DNA of 64,000 bases from Fimbriimonadia bacterium (GCA_041483895.1 JBGPGO010000009.1:64001-128000); one strand, 5' to 3'; shown: positions 11,491 through 23,300, counted from the first letter of the stretch. Numbers and translations: made by a program. Notes: generated by a model from the sequence alone, not told the origin.

Positions 11491-12396
11491 TTGGAAGTTC
11501 ACACAACCAGCGGAGAGGGCCAAGAGAAAAGGTTTTCCCACGCATATTTCTTTGCGGTCACTGTCACGCAGATTATCGTCTGGTTCTCGCTTCTCTATTG
11601 GCCGCTGAAGCAGATTTGGCCCGACATCTGGGAACGCCAACTCGGCGCCGGATTTGGCAAGATCATTCTCGTCATCCTTGCCACCCATCTGGTTCTCTGC
11701 TTTTTCGAATTCTTCTTTCACCGGTACGTTTTGCACTCCGTTACCCTTAGCTTCTTGGCGGTATTTGCGAAAAAGCACCGGCATCATCACGGTCTCACAC
11801 ATGTCGTCGAGGTGCATTCGCCTGATACGGGAGAAGTCACGGTTCGAAACAAGTATCCGATCGTCGAGCCCGAGCAGCACGAATCGGCGGCATTTCCCAT
11901 CTATGCGCTCGTCAGTTTTTGGGCAGTCTTTTCCCCGGCAATCCTGCTCTCGCAATGGCTGATGCCACACGTGCCAATCGTGGTCGGCGGCTACCTGGGC
12001 GTCGCGTGGTCCTATTTTCTGTATGAGACCTGGCACGCGATCGAGCACCTCTCCTATGAGGAGGTGTGGGGTCCCCTCACAAAGGGGCGGCTTGGAAAGT
12101 TTTTCCGGCCGATCTACGGCTTCCATCTGATGCATCACTACAATCCCAAGTCGAATGAAGCGATTTCCGGCTTCTTTGGACTGCCGCTCGCCGACTGGCT
12201 GCTCGGGACTTTCCGAATTCCCAAGGTGTTGCCCCTCCATGGCGAAGCTCCGGATCCAAGCCTTTCCAAACCAGTCAAGCCCATGTTCCTCGTTCGTTGG
12301 ATGGATACGCTTTCCGATAGTTGCGAGAGGAAATATCAAAAGAAGCGTGGAAAAAAGGCCCTGCGCCAGCACCAACTCGCCTCCGCCGGCAAGTAA
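11491..12396 (+). CDS. Fatty acid hydroxylase / sterol desaturase-like membrane protein
   Basis: TM helices and His boxes FHRYVLH, HRHHH, YETWH, FHLMHH; AAGGAG RBS before TTG start. Confidence 0.75.
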   Translation: MEVHTTSGEGQEKRFSHAYFFAVTVTQIIVWFSLLYWPLKQIWPDIWERQLGAGFGKIILVILATHLVLCFFEFFFHRYVLHSVTLSFLAVFAKKHRHHHGLTHVVEVHSPDTGEVTVRNKYPIVEPEQHESAAFPIYALVSFWAVFSPAILLSQWLMPHVPIVVGGYLGVAWSYFLYETWHAIEHLSYEEVWGPLTKGRLGKFFRPIYGFHLMHHYNPKSNEAISGFFGLPLADWLLGTFRIPKVLPLHGEAPDPSLSKPVKPMFLVRWMDTLSDSCERKYQKKRGKKALRQHQLASAGK

Positions 12397-12424
12397 CGGC
12401 CGGCCATGCTAAAATCTCACACCT

Positions 12425-12994
12425 GTGAGACGGACCGATCCTGCCAAACTGCTTTATCGATGCCAAAACGGTGACCAGGCCGCATGGTCCGATCTCGTCG
12501 ACCAGTTCCAGAATCTCGTGTACTCCATCCCATCGCGAATGCGTTTGAGGCCTGACGACTGCGCGGACGTCTTCCAAACCACCTTCCTACAGCTATCCCG
12601 CCATGTGGATCGGATACAATCCGGCGAGGCGCTGGCAAAGTGGCTGGCGGTAACCGCGACGAGAGAGGCCCTGCGAATCAGACGTCTGTCCGGTCGGGCC
12701 ACCCTCGAAACCGACCTCGGACCGCGCGGATTGTCAGAAGTGGTCGCAGACGAAGAGAGGTCCGCCGAGAAAGCCGCCTTCGCCGCGGTTCAAGCCGACA
12801 CGGTGCGAAAAGCCGTGCTGGGACTGCCGGAGCGATGCCGTGAGTTGATAATGTTGTTGTTCTTTGAAGACGAGGTGTCGTATTTGGAGATTTCGGACCG
12901 CCTCGAGATTCCGCTGGGGGCGATCGGACCAACCCGGTCTCGCTGCCTGGACAAGCTACGAAGAATGCTGGATCGAGAAACCTTCGAGGATTGA
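12425..12994 (+). CDS. ECF-type RNA polymerase sigma factor
   Basis: GDQAAWSDLV, DCADVFQTTF (region 2), LPERCRELI...SYLEISDRLEIPLGAIGPTRSRCLDKLR (region 4). Confidence 0.92.
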   Translation: MRRTDPAKLLYRCQNGDQAAWSDLVDQFQNLVYSIPSRMRLRPDDCADVFQTTFLQLSRHVDRIQSGEALAKWLAVTATREALRIRRLSGRATLETDLGPRGLSEVVADEERSAEKAAFAAVQADTVRKAVLGLPERCRELIMLLFFEDEVSYLEISDRLEIPLGAIGPTRSRCLDKLRRMLDRETFED

Positions 12995-13033
12995 AGGTAT
13001 CTTTCGGGAGTACATTCCCTCTATTAGGCTGAG

Positions 13034-13585
13034 ATGAAGAAGAACTGTAAGGAAATCTATGATGAGCTGGTAGCGCTCGCCCTCGGAGAAAAGGGTGGCC
13101 AGGCCCGCGATCACCTCGCGGAATGCCAAAGCTGCCGGAAGCTGCTCGCCGAGCTCACCGATGTGGTCGAGGCATTGAAGGCGCGCTTTGCTGACGCTCC
13201 TGCCGCGCTGATCGAGCATGTCAAAGCGATCCGCATCGGCGAGCGCAAGACGACTCTGGCCCGGCTGGTCAGCACAAGCCTTAGTCTCGCTGGCGCGCGC
13301 GCAGAAGAGGCCGATTCCTTTCAAGCCGTATACGAGTACGCGGACGGCCAGGCAAGGCTGATGTATGTCCGGCAAAATCGCGGCTGGGAGGTCCTCGGCC
13401 AGGCGGCCAACCTGGTTTCTTGGCAGACGGGCGGCAAAGAACAGACCGCCCGCGCCGACGGAAGATTTAGCTTCAAGGCATCCAACCTCGACAAGACCGG
13501 CGTCCGGTTGCGACTGGCAGACAAGGATGTCGAAATCCCGCCCGTCGGTAAGGAGCTTTCCGGTGACTTCGGCGGAGCTTGCTAG
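13034..13585 (+). CDS. Putative soluble zinc-binding anti-sigma factor
   Basis: N-terminal HLAECQSC (HxxxCxxC ZAS motif) directly downstream of the ECF sigma; no TM helix seen. Confidence 0.7.
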   Translation: MKKNCKEIYDELVALALGEKGGQARDHLAECQSCRKLLAELTDVVEALKARFADAPAALIEHVKAIRIGERKTTLARLVSTSLSLAGARAEEADSFQAVYEYADGQARLMYVRQNRGWEVLGQAANLVSWQTGGKEQTARADGRFSFKASNLDKTGVRLRLADKDVEIPPVGKELSGDFGGAC

Positions 13586-16220
13586 CCGGCTCGAAACGGC
13601 CACCTCGTCGGAAGCTCGCTCGCTGATCAAGAATGCCCCGGCCGGCAGCGGCGAGGCGTTTTTTTGGCGCGTTGTTGAGCTATCGGCTTCCGACCCCAGC
13701 GCGGCGGAACGGCTTTCCCGGCATTGGAAGGCGGTGCTTGCTAATGGCGATTCGCTTGCCTACGCCTATCGGGCCAAGGCGGTCGGAGAGCGGCTGCGCG
13801 GCAAATGGCTCGAAAGCGCGGAATCCTTTCAGAAGGCGGGCAGAGCGGCCAAGAACCCTATTGAGAGACTGACCTTCCAACGAGGCGCGGTCGATTCACT
13901 GGGCAGGGCGGGGAGGGTCGCTGAGGCCGTCGCGCTCGGCAAGCGGCTCATTCGCGGTCTCGACAATCGCAAAGAGACCGTCGAGGCTGCCAGAGTCCGG
14001 CTGAACGTCGGCAACGCGCTGCTCTGGGCCGACGAATATGAAACGGCCCGAACGTGGCTGAAACAGGCTTGGCAAAGCCTCCACAAAGCGGGCGAAGCGC
14101 GGGAAGCCTCAGCCGCGCTGCTCGGTCTTTCCACATCGGAATTCTATGGCGGCGATCCGTCCGCCTCCAGAGAGTACGCCCTGCAGGCACGCGACTGGTT
14201 CCAAAATGCCGGCGAGCCGTACTTTGCGCACCTCTGCGAACTCAACCTCGCTCAAGAGGCCATTCTCCGGGGACGGGGCGATGAAGCGCTCGACATGCTG
14301 CTTGCCATGCAATCCCTTCACAGTCAGACTGTGAAGGGATTGCATGGCGTGGATGCCGCGCGGCTGGAAGAGTTCATTGGCGACGCTTACTTTTCTCTCA
14401 ACTTGTGGCAAGAGGCCGAACAGAGCTACCGGTCTGCACTTAAGACGCCGGGGCTGCGAACGCTGCCCATGAACGTGGCAAACTGCCATCTTGGGATCGG
14501 GTTGGCTCTCGCGGCCAGGGAAGACGCCTTGGCGGTTCGGTCCCTCCGCCGAGCCGCATCGGACTACGAGAAGCTGAAGAATTGGGCATGGAACGGCGCA
14601 GCCCGAACGGAGCTCGCGCGTTCGCTGGCGATGCAGGGCAAGGCGAGCCTCGCCCGCTCCGAGGTCAAATCTGCGATTCGGACCTTGACGCGCGCCGGCT
14701 CCCCGTATCACCTCGCCTCCGCTCGATTGGTCGCCGCGGGTCTGGGCGATGAGAACTCCCTGGCGTTGGCAGAAAAGGACATAAGAAAGTACCGATTTGA
14801 CGCGCTCGCTTGGCAGGTGCATTCCCTCCGCGCTCGCGCCGCGCCGGAAGGCAAGCGGTTCCCACACTATCGCCGGATGTTCGCCTCCATCATCCAGGGC
14901 CGCTTGCGGACGACGTCGACTCTGTCTCGCGCGGCCTATCTGCGCGATAAAGCTGACGCCCTCGGCGCGTATCTTGCCGAACTTCTCACCAAACCGACGG
15001 ATGCCCGCATAGCGGAGGCCCTCGATGTCGTCGTTCAATCGCGTTCCGCCGCGCTGATCGACGAAATCCTCTCTTCGGCTGCGCCTATGTCTCCAGAGAC
15101 CGTTCGACAGATCGAGCGCCTGCGCGAAGAACTAAACCGTACCGGCGGTTCGACGACGCCGGGGAGCCGAGCCCGGTTTGCGCCGGCCAATCCCGCCCGG
15201 CTGGCGGCTCTCCAGCGGCGATGGACCGAGGCGATGCGCTGCTTTCAACCGGCTCTTCGCAGGCCGGTCCAACCGTCCGAAATTGCATGCACCGTGTTGG
15301 CGGAGACCAACGACGGCTACTACGCCATCCATCAAGGCCGTAGGGTTCGCCTCCCAATATCGGTCGTCGAGCTAAGAGAAGAACTAAAGTGGCTCGAATT
15401 CGACCTGCTGGGCCCGATGGCGATACGTGATTCCTGCCCAAAGTGCGTTCTTAGCAGCCTGGCCAGCCTGCGCAAGGTTCTTTTGGAGCCCTGGTTGGAA
15501 CCCGGGAGAAGCGTCGTTCCGCTTTCGCCCGACGGCCTGTTATGGCGAGTTCCCTGGCAGGCGCTTCTCAATCTCAATGGAACGGATGCCGAACCGCTGG
15601 TCCTCCCAAGTCCCCTATTCGGCCTCGATGCCTGTTGCGCGCGCCTGCCCAAGAGCCCGAAGGCGGCGCTATGGCTGTACGAAGCGCCGGACCTGCCCAA
15701 CATCAAGACCGAGGCGGAGGCCTTCCTGAAGCGCTTCCCGAAAGCCAAGATCGTCCGGACCCGCGCCGAAGCGATGGAGCCGGGCCGATACGATCTGGTT
15801 CATGTCGCCAGCCACGCCCGCAATCTTCCGGCCAACCCCATGTTCTCGGCGATACAGTTGGAGGACGGCTGGCTGCACGCCGGTGAAATCGCCCATTGCG
15901 GCGTACGGGCGGGACTGGTGACCCTTTCCGCATGCGAAACCGGGCGAATCAGTCTTTGGTCCAAAACCGAACCGGATGGGCTAACTCGCGCGTTCCTAGC
16001 TTTGGGAGCGCAAGCCGTCGTCGCCAGCGCATGGAATCTGGACGATATCATGGCAAGCGAGATGATGGCGGTCTATTATGCTGGGCTTACGGGCGGCGAA
16101 ACGGTCTCTCGATCCCTATCGGCAGCCCGGCAATTTGCGAAAAAAAGGCGGCCGCACCCGTATTATTGGGCTCCGCTTTTGCTATTTGGGGGTTATCATA
16201 GAGTGGGAGGGGCGGAATGA
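13563..16220 (+). CDS. TPR plus CHAT (caspase-like) domain protein
   Basis: GTG start after AAGGAG; Ala-rich TPR helices; SPDGLLWRVPW, LVHVASHA (His), VTLSACETG (Cys), HPYYWAPL. Confidence 0.9.
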   Translation: MTSAELASRLETATSSEARSLIKNAPAGSGEAFFWRVVELSASDPSAAERLSRHWKAVLANGDSLAYAYRAKAVGERLRGKWLESAESFQKAGRAAKNPIERLTFQRGAVDSLGRAGRVAEAVALGKRLIRGLDNRKETVEAARVRLNVGNALLWADEYETARTWLKQAWQSLHKAGEAREASAALLGLSTSEFYGGDPSASREYALQARDWFQNAGEPYFAHLCELNLAQEAILRGRGDEALDMLLAMQSLHSQTVKGLHGVDAARLEEFIGDAYFSLNLWQEAEQSYRSALKTPGLRTLPMNVANCHLGIGLALAAREDALAVRSLRRAASDYEKLKNWAWNGAARTELARSLAMQGKASLARSEVKSAIRTLTRAGSPYHLASARLVAAGLGDENSLALAEKDIRKYRFDALAWQVHSLRARAAPEGKRFPHYRRMFASIIQGRLRTTSTLSRAAYLRDKADALGAYLAELLTKPTDARIAEALDVVVQSRSAALIDEILSSAAPMSPETVRQIERLREELNRTGGSTTPGSRARFAPANPARLAALQRRWTEAMRCFQPALRRPVQPSEIACTVLAETNDGYYAIHQGRRVRLPISVVELREELKWLEFDLLGPMAIRDSCPKCVLSSLASLRKVLLEPWLEPGRSVVPLSPDGLLWRVPWQALLNLNGTDAEPLVLPSPLFGLDACCARLPKSPKAALWLYEAPDLPNIKTEAEAFLKRFPKAKIVRTRAEAMEPGRYDLVHVASHARNLPANPMFSAIQLEDGWLHAGEIAHCGVRAGLVTLSACETGRISLWSKTEPDGLTRAFLALGAQAVVASAWNLDDIMASEMMAVYYAGLTGGETVSRSLSAARQFAKKRRPHPYYWAPLLLFGGYHRVGGAE

Positions 16221-17824
16221 GATTAGTCCTGTTCGCACTGTACTTTGCGCTCGCCGTCGCGGCGTCGGCGAAAATGCAATATATAGCTCGCATGAACCCC
16301 GGCGTCGATCCGAGTGTCGTGGAACCGTTCGGGTTCATGGTGGCAGATACGATAGCCGATTCGCCGTACGTTCTTCTGAAGACGCCGCCGGACTGGACCT
16401 ACGCACAGGCGGACGTTGCCCGGGACCTGCTCGCCGCCAGTGGCTTTGTCGCGTGGGTCGAGGACGATTACGCCTGCGCGATTCCCGAGCATGGCGGGGC
16501 GGGAAAAGGCAGCACCATCGGCTCCGTCTCCGGCCCCGATACATTCAAGATAATGAATGCCGCCGCACTCACCATGGTAAATTGGCCGGGCGCGGACTTC
16601 GGTCAGCGGTCCGGAACGACGATCGCCATTATCGATACCGGTTTATCTCCCAACGTCCCCTCGCTGTGGACCGGCGTGGTCGCCACGCTAAATACAGTGG
16701 AGCCCGGACAGCCTGCCTACGACATTCCTCACGATACCGACAGCTCCAAGAATGGTGTGGTCGATGAAGGGCTGAGCCATGGGACGATGATTGCCGGCAT
16801 CATCGCCTCTATGGCCCCGCGCTCGCCCCTGATCATCGTGCGAGCGCTGGACAGCGACGGCGTGGGCGATGCCTGGAACATTATTAAAGGGATGATTTTC
16901 GCACTCGATCACGGCGCGAAGGTGTTTAACCTCAGCTGGGGGAGCGCGGACGATGTTCCCGCGATCTATGACGTGATGGTTTGGGCGCAGTCCACGAATG
17001 CCGTCTATGTCGCTTCCTCCGGCAACCTCGGACAGCAGTTGGCTTGGAACCCGGCGCAGGGGCCGCATTGCATCAGCGTGACCGGAATCGATTCCGCCAG
17101 CGTGAAAACTTCATGGGCAAACTGGGACGGCAGCATCGATGCCTGCGCCCCGTCGATGGATCTGTTTAGCTGCTGGTGGGATGGGACCGTCGGTGTTTGG
17201 TCGGGCACTTCGTTTGCCGCACCGTTGGTGACGTCGGCCGTCGCCCTCGCTTTTCAATACAACCCGACATGCCCCGCCGCGATGATGATCGAAACCGTCA
17301 CGACAACCGGGACAAATGTGGACGGCCTGCCCGGCAATGAGGCGTTCGCCGGCCAGATCGGCACTCGGCTGAATATCCAAGCCTTGCTATTGGCCACCGC
17401 ACTGCATTCCACAATCTCCGGCATTGTTACTTTCGAATTCTTGGCCGGCCCGATTCCTTCTTCGATCCCAATGGAGGTGAACTGGGATGGGATCGATCTG
17501 GGAGAGATGCAGGTTCCATTGGACGCCACCGGTGCATTCTCGCTCGATCTGCCGGCGGGGTCCATCACGGTGGAGAGCAAAACCACGCATTGGTTGGAGC
17601 GCTATCAAGGTTTCGATACGAGCGACGGCTCGATCGACGAGGTTGTGTTTGACCTGTACAACGGCGATGCCAACAATGACAATGTCGTGGACCTAAAGGA
17701 CCTGAACATGTTGTTCATCGAGTTCGGCGAGCCGACTCCGATGGCGGATCTGGATGAAGACGGGATCGTCTCGCTGGGCGACATCAACATCGTGTTCATG
17801 AACTTCGGCCTTGAAGGCGCTTAG
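16217..17824 (+). CDS. Secreted S8 subtilase with C-terminal dockerin-like module
   Basis: Signal peptide; IAIIDTG, HGTMIAG, SGTSFAAP catalytic triad; ATGA overlap with CHAT gene; tail THWLE...NGDANNDNVVDLKD. Confidence 0.9.
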   Translation: MRLVLFALYFALAVAASAKMQYIARMNPGVDPSVVEPFGFMVADTIADSPYVLLKTPPDWTYAQADVARDLLAASGFVAWVEDDYACAIPEHGGAGKGSTIGSVSGPDTFKIMNAAALTMVNWPGADFGQRSGTTIAIIDTGLSPNVPSLWTGVVATLNTVEPGQPAYDIPHDTDSSKNGVVDEGLSHGTMIAGIIASMAPRSPLIIVRALDSDGVGDAWNIIKGMIFALDHGAKVFNLSWGSADDVPAIYDVMVWAQSTNAVYVASSGNLGQQLAWNPAQGPHCISVTGIDSASVKTSWANWDGSIDACAPSMDLFSCWWDGTVGVWSGTSFAAPLVTSAVALAFQYNPTCPAAMMIETVTTTGTNVDGLPGNEAFAGQIGTRLNIQALLLATALHSTISGIVTFEFLAGPIPSSIPMEVNWDGIDLGEMQVPLDATGAFSLDLPAGSITVESKTTHWLERYQGFDTSDGSIDEVVFDLYNGDANNDNVVDLKDLNMLFIEFGEPTPMADLDEDGIVSLGDINIVFMNFGLEGA

Positions 17825-19485
17825 GGATCGCCGACCGCGCCGTAGTTGAGGAAGACGATGCTGATATCTTTGACGTCCACCATTCCTGATTCGTCGAGGT
17901 CGGTGAAATCGGTGGGTGTGGTGGATCCGTAATCTACGAAGATAGCGGAGAGATCCACAAGATCGATTCGGTTGTTCCCGGTCGCGTCGCCATTGATTAG
18001 GGAGAGAACGGCCGATTCCGCGGGCGCCGAGCGCCGCAACCAGTGGGTCTGTTTGAGAGAGATGTCAACCGGTCCACGCGGGACTCGGATGGTAAAGACT
18101 CCCTGATCATCGAGCGCAACATCCTCGCCGCCGAAGGGCCGGACCGAGCCGCCGTGACGAACATCCAAAAACACCTGGCTCGGCATAGCGCCCGCCAGTC
18201 CGTCGAAACCGATGCTCCCAGATACTTCGGTAGGTCTCGTATCGATGCGGAAGATGTCCCGCAGGCCGCCGGTGTCGCCCTCTACCAGATTCGTCGCATC
18301 GCTCTCCAGCGCGAACATCCGGCCATCCTCGCTGACGGCGGGCGCGAAGGAACTCTTGTCTCCCGCAACCCCTGCTGACGAAGCGCTGATGCATTCTGTC
18401 GCGCTGGTTCTGCGGTCGTGGACGAAGGCGTCGGTTTTGCCATTGGTGTCCCCGGCGGCGAGGTTCGCAGCGTCGCTCTCGAACGAGACGTACCTGCCGT
18501 CGAAAGACAGGGCCGGCCACCGCGAATTGTCATTCCCTTGGGCGCCATCCCACGATCGGGACACCAATTCGGTCGTTCCGTTCGCCAAATCCCGAACGAA
18601 GACATCCATTTTGTTGTTGGCGTCTCCCGCCACGATGTCCGAGCCGCCGCTATGGAATGCCACCAACAGCCCGTCTCCGCTTACAACTCCGCTGGCCGCG
18701 CCGCCGACGCTGGGTGTTCCACTTTGAGAAACGCTTGCGCAGACGGTGGTTCGCATTAGCCGATCTCGGACAAAGGCGTCGCTCGTATTGTTCTTGTCGT
18801 TCGGGACCAGGTTGTCGGCGTCGCTGACGTAGGCCACGAAGCGGCCATAGGCGGAAATGGTGGGCCGATACGATCCCTTGTTGCCGCCTTTGCTGATCAT
18901 TTCGAGCGTTCTTTCCTGCCGATCGTAGAGGAAGATGTCGCTGGCGGCGTTCGTATCGCCGAGGACGAGGTTGCTGGCGTCGCTTTGGAACGCCACGTAG
19001 CGGCCGTTGGTGCTGATGGCGGGCTGCCAGGAGTTACCGTTGGCTTCTGCCCCATCCGCGGCCACGCTGATTCTCTCCGTGAGCCCGGTATCGACGTCAT
19101 GGACGAAGATATCGTTGAAGCCGTTTGTGTCGCCCGCTACTAAATTCGAGGCGTCGCTTTGGAACGCGACATGGAGCCCGTCGCCGCTGAGCGCCACCCG
19201 CCACGACTGGCCGTTGCCTTGGGTTCCGTCGCTCGCGACGCTCACCCGGATTGTCTGCCCGGTCGCAGCTTCCCACACGAACACATCATAGGCGTTGTTG
19301 GTGTCTGACTCGACCAGTTTCGAGGCCAGGCTATCGAAAGCGACGCGGCTTCCGTCGGCGGAGAGACTGCACCGGACGCAGAGCTTATCGGCCGCTGCGG
19401 TTGTCCGCAGCACGTCGAATTGGGCGGTAGCGAGGCTGGGAACGAATAGTAGACAAAGTACGTCTAATACAGAGGGTCGCTTCAC
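17821..19485 (-). CDS. Secreted TolB-like (PD40) beta-propeller with dockerin-like tail
   Basis: Repeats of S.DGR.VAF.S.ASNLV.GDTN...DIFV.D; tail KQTHWLR...NGDATGNNRIDLVD. Confidence 0.85.
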   Translation of the reverse strand: MKRPSVLDVLCLLFVPSLATAQFDVLRTTAAADKLCVRCSLSADGSRVAFDSLASKLVESDTNNAYDVFVWEAATGQTIRVSVASDGTQGNGQSWRVALSGDGLHVAFQSDASNLVAGDTNGFNDIFVHDVDTGLTERISVAADGAEANGNSWQPAISTNGRYVAFQSDASNLVLGDTNAASDIFLYDRQERTLEMISKGGNKGSYRPTISAYGRFVAYVSDADNLVPNDKNNTSDAFVRDRLMRTTVCASVSQSGTPSVGGAASGVVSGDGLLVAFHSGGSDIVAGDANNKMDVFVRDLANGTTELVSRSWDGAQGNDNSRWPALSFDGRYVSFESDAANLAAGDTNGKTDAFVHDRRTSATECISASSAGVAGDKSSFAPAVSEDGRMFALESDATNLVEGDTGGLRDIFRIDTRPTEVSGSIGFDGLAGAMPSQVFLDVRHGGSVRPFGGEDVALDDQGVFTIRVPRGPVDISLKQTHWLRRSAPAESAVLSLINGDATGNNRIDLVDLSAIFVDYGSTTPTDFTDLDESGMVDVKDISIVFLNYGAVGDP

Positions 19486-19543
19486 AGGATAAGTATCGGC
19501 GGCAAACAGGCAAGAAAAAGTCCCGGAAAATGGCTGATTTGGC

Positions 19544-19573
19544 TTGACTCCGACTATGGGGCTTTGCTACAAT
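19544..19573 (+). promoter_or_regulatory. rRNA promoter
   Basis: TTGACT-N18-TACAAT with extended TG, about 110 nt upstream of the 16S. Confidence 0.75.
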
Positions 19574-19683
19574 AGCCCTCGCCCCTGAAATAGGGGGCGA
19601 ATGAGTTCGTTGGAAACTAGGTAGGTAAGCGAGCGCAGGTCCAAGTCAAAACAATGAGGGACGTAAGTGAATAACAAACGTTT

Positions 19684-21208
<1,525 letters not shown>

Positions 21209-21294
21209 TAAAGGAGTTACTCACGATACTCCTTGTATCAGGGACCGCGTTCACCCTACCTAGTTTTCAGCGAATTCCCGACAGACGCCGGACC

Positions 21295-21858
21295 GTGATG
21301 GGTTCGGCGTTTTCGCATTTGGAGGGCAGTTTGGACCGAATATTGCCACAAATTCAATCTTGGTTTGCCGCAAAAGAGAATCAAATCCAGTTGTTTGCTG
21401 ATTTGGATACGCGCGTTGAGGGATGGTTCAAAGGCGAACTCTTAACGCTGTTTTCCGAACTGGAGCAACAGGGAAAAATCCAAGGATTTCGCCGGGAGGC
21501 CAATCTAAGCAGCGACCAGAGGAAGAGAATTCAAGTTGATGTTGTAGTCCAAATCGACGGCGAACCGCATCATTGCGAACTGAAGGCTGCGTGCATCAGC
21601 CGGGCTGCAGGTACTCCTCGAAATCTCCATTTCTATTTTAGAGAGGATCATGTTGGATTTCAGAAGGATCTGGCAAAGCTTGGATTGCTCAACGTTCCAA
21701 ATCGATGGCTGATCGGATTCATATATCCGGCGCCAACAATGGCCGAATGGCAACGCGAAATTCTATCGTTATCGAAAAACCATGGACAATGGCAGTGCCT
21801 GACGTCTCCTGACTGCAATGTGCCACTCTTCATTGCCCTTTGGCGTGCTGATAGTTGA
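21295..21858 (+). CDS. Hypothetical protein, possible PD-(D/E)xK nuclease fold
   Basis: E..WFKGEL...QVDVVV...CELKA pattern; AT-richer than flanks. Confidence 0.55.
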   Translation: MMGSAFSHLEGSLDRILPQIQSWFAAKENQIQLFADLDTRVEGWFKGELLTLFSELEQQGKIQGFRREANLSSDQRKRIQVDVVVQIDGEPHHCELKAACISRAAGTPRNLHFYFREDHVGFQKDLAKLGLLNVPNRWLIGFIYPAPTMAEWQREILSLSKNHGQWQCLTSPDCNVPLFIALWRADS

Positions 21859-21914
21859 AAGTTAGCGACGCAAGGAAGCCGGCGAAGTCGCCTTGAAAGA
21901 ATGCGAGAAATAAA

Positions 21915-22187
21915 ATGTACACGTTGATTCATGACGATGATGAAAGGTATTTCAATTGGCTCGCAACGAATCCGCGAGGCTTTGTTGTCAATTCGTATCT
22001 ACGACCAATCCCGAGTTATCTGGTGCTTCACAGATCAACCTGCCGCCATATCCAACGGCGAAAAGGCAAACGGTCGACGAAGGATTACATAAAGATTTGC
22101 TCCACGCAGGTTGATGAGCTTAGAAACTGGGCTCGGGACGACGTAAATGGAAAGCTGGTGGCGTGTGGATCATGCCACCCCAATTAG
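21915..22187 (+). CDS. Hypothetical Cys/His-rich small protein
   Basis: YFNWLATNPRGFVVN, LHRSTCRHI, YIKICS, CGSC; possible metal binding. Confidence 0.65.
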   Translation: MYTLIHDDDERYFNWLATNPRGFVVNSYLRPIPSYLVLHRSTCRHIQRRKGKRSTKDYIKICSTQVDELRNWARDDVNGKLVACGSCHPN

Positions 22188-22223
22188 GGCGTTCAACTCG
22201 GCAGCAACCTCTGTGGCTGGATA

Positions 22224-22754
22224 CTAGACGCTCCACCGGAATCCGCATGAATTGCATTCCCGGTGATACAAGGCTTGTCCTCGACGAGCCATCATGGGTG
22301 ACATCAAGGCCAGGGGCCAAGCGAACATACATCCCAAGCAACAAGCCCCATGCTCCATGGATCGATCGACTTGGCCCGGAATCCTGATTTGTCGAATATT
22401 TCGCGATTGACACTGTGGGCAGAATCCTTTGCCCGTGTTGACATTGAAGACTTCTTGCGGAGAGTACTTTTGCTTCAGCTTTGCCAGTTGAGAATTCTGG
22501 AGCATTTTCACGAATTCTGCACCGGTATCCGATTCCATGGATTCCGAGTACCTTGAAAACGCCTTTTGACATTCGTGTTGACGCCGGACAATTTCGTCGT
22601 GCTGTCTTTGCGCTTCCTCTACGGCGACGTATCGACGGCAGTCATCGCAATATAGTTGAGCGTCCGAAACCGCCCGCGGAATCTGTTGACGACATCGCGG
22701 GCAGTAAACCGGCTTAAGTTCATCTTCCGGAGTGAAGTTCATGCCTGTAGTCAT
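22224..22754 (-). CDS. Hypothetical zinc-ribbon membrane protein
   Basis: Four CxxC pairs flanking a coiled region and a hydrophobic segment; start uncertain. Confidence 0.6.
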   Translation of the reverse strand: MTTGMNFTPEDELKPVYCPRCRQQIPRAVSDAQLYCDDCRRYVAVEEAQRQHDEIVRRQHECQKAFSRYSESMESDTGAEFVKMLQNSQLAKLKQKYSPQEVFNVNTGKGFCPQCQSRNIRQIRIPGQVDRSMEHGACCLGCMFAWPLALMSPMMARRGQALYHRECNSCGFRWSV

Positions 22755-22788
22755 GCTACCCAATCTCGGTGTTTGGTAGAATGTCCTT

Positions 22789-23040
22789 ATGAGCAAGATG
22801 TTCAAGCTGCTGCTGGTTCTAACTCCTCAGCCGGAGGGGGGATATACGGTCACCTGCCCGGTGCTTCCCGAACTGGTCACGGAGTGCGACACGCCGGAGC
22901 AAGCGATCCCCAACGCCCAGGATGCCCTAGAAGGATTGATCGAGGTCTACCAGCAACTCGGGAAGCCCTTGCCCCCTGTTCTTTCGGACGTAGCGGAAAA
23001 CACCCCGCTGTGGATTGAAACGCTTCTCAAGGTGTCATGA
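22789..23040 (+). CDS. hicB: HicB family antitoxin
   Basis: PEGGYTVTCPVLPELVTECDTPEQAIPNAQDAL. Confidence 0.85.
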   Translation: MSKMFKLLLVLTPQPEGGYTVTCPVLPELVTECDTPEQAIPNAQDALEGLIEVYQQLGKPLPPVLSDVAENTPLWIETLLKVS

Positions 23041-23249
23041 CCTACTCGGATGTCGTAAAGAAGCTCAAGAAGCTTGGATGCGAGGAAGTCGTGCGGAAGA
23101 ACCCAGGTTCCCATCGCTATTGGCGCAATCCGGCGAACGACCAGATAACGAGTGTGCCGGATTGGGGATCCAAAGATTTGCGTCTTGGCACCGTCCGGGC
23201 TGCAATCCGATCCCTCGGGATCGCGTGGGATGATTTCCGGCAGGCGTGA
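23037..23249 (+). CDS. hicA: HicA family toxin
   Basis: KKLKKLGC...GSHRYW...VP...DLRLGTVRAAIRSLG; ATGA overlap with hicB. Confidence 0.85.
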   Translation: MTYSDVVKKLKKLGCEEVVRKNPGSHRYWRNPANDQITSVPDWGSKDLRLGTVRAAIRSLGIAWDDFRQA

Positions 23250-23300
23250 GGGGTTGCCGATCCTACGCGGGCCTTGTGGTCGGCACATGTGAGTCATTCC

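Noticed and set aside
11125..12375. 416-aa minus-strand ORF and similar long antisense ORFs (7881-8714, 35960-37159, 61853-62977)
   Set aside because: They lie opposite well-supported genes and have no motifs, as expected in high-GC DNA
13365..13562. Long N-terminal extensions in the ORF track (also 3713, 31794, 32494, 59594)
   Set aside because: They overlap neighbouring genes or repeats, or precede a better start where an RBS, signal peptide or family N-terminus begins
13563..16220. Type III-E CRISPR (Craspase) locus
   Set aside because: CHAT and sigma are present, but no Cas7-11, other cas gene or array is seen
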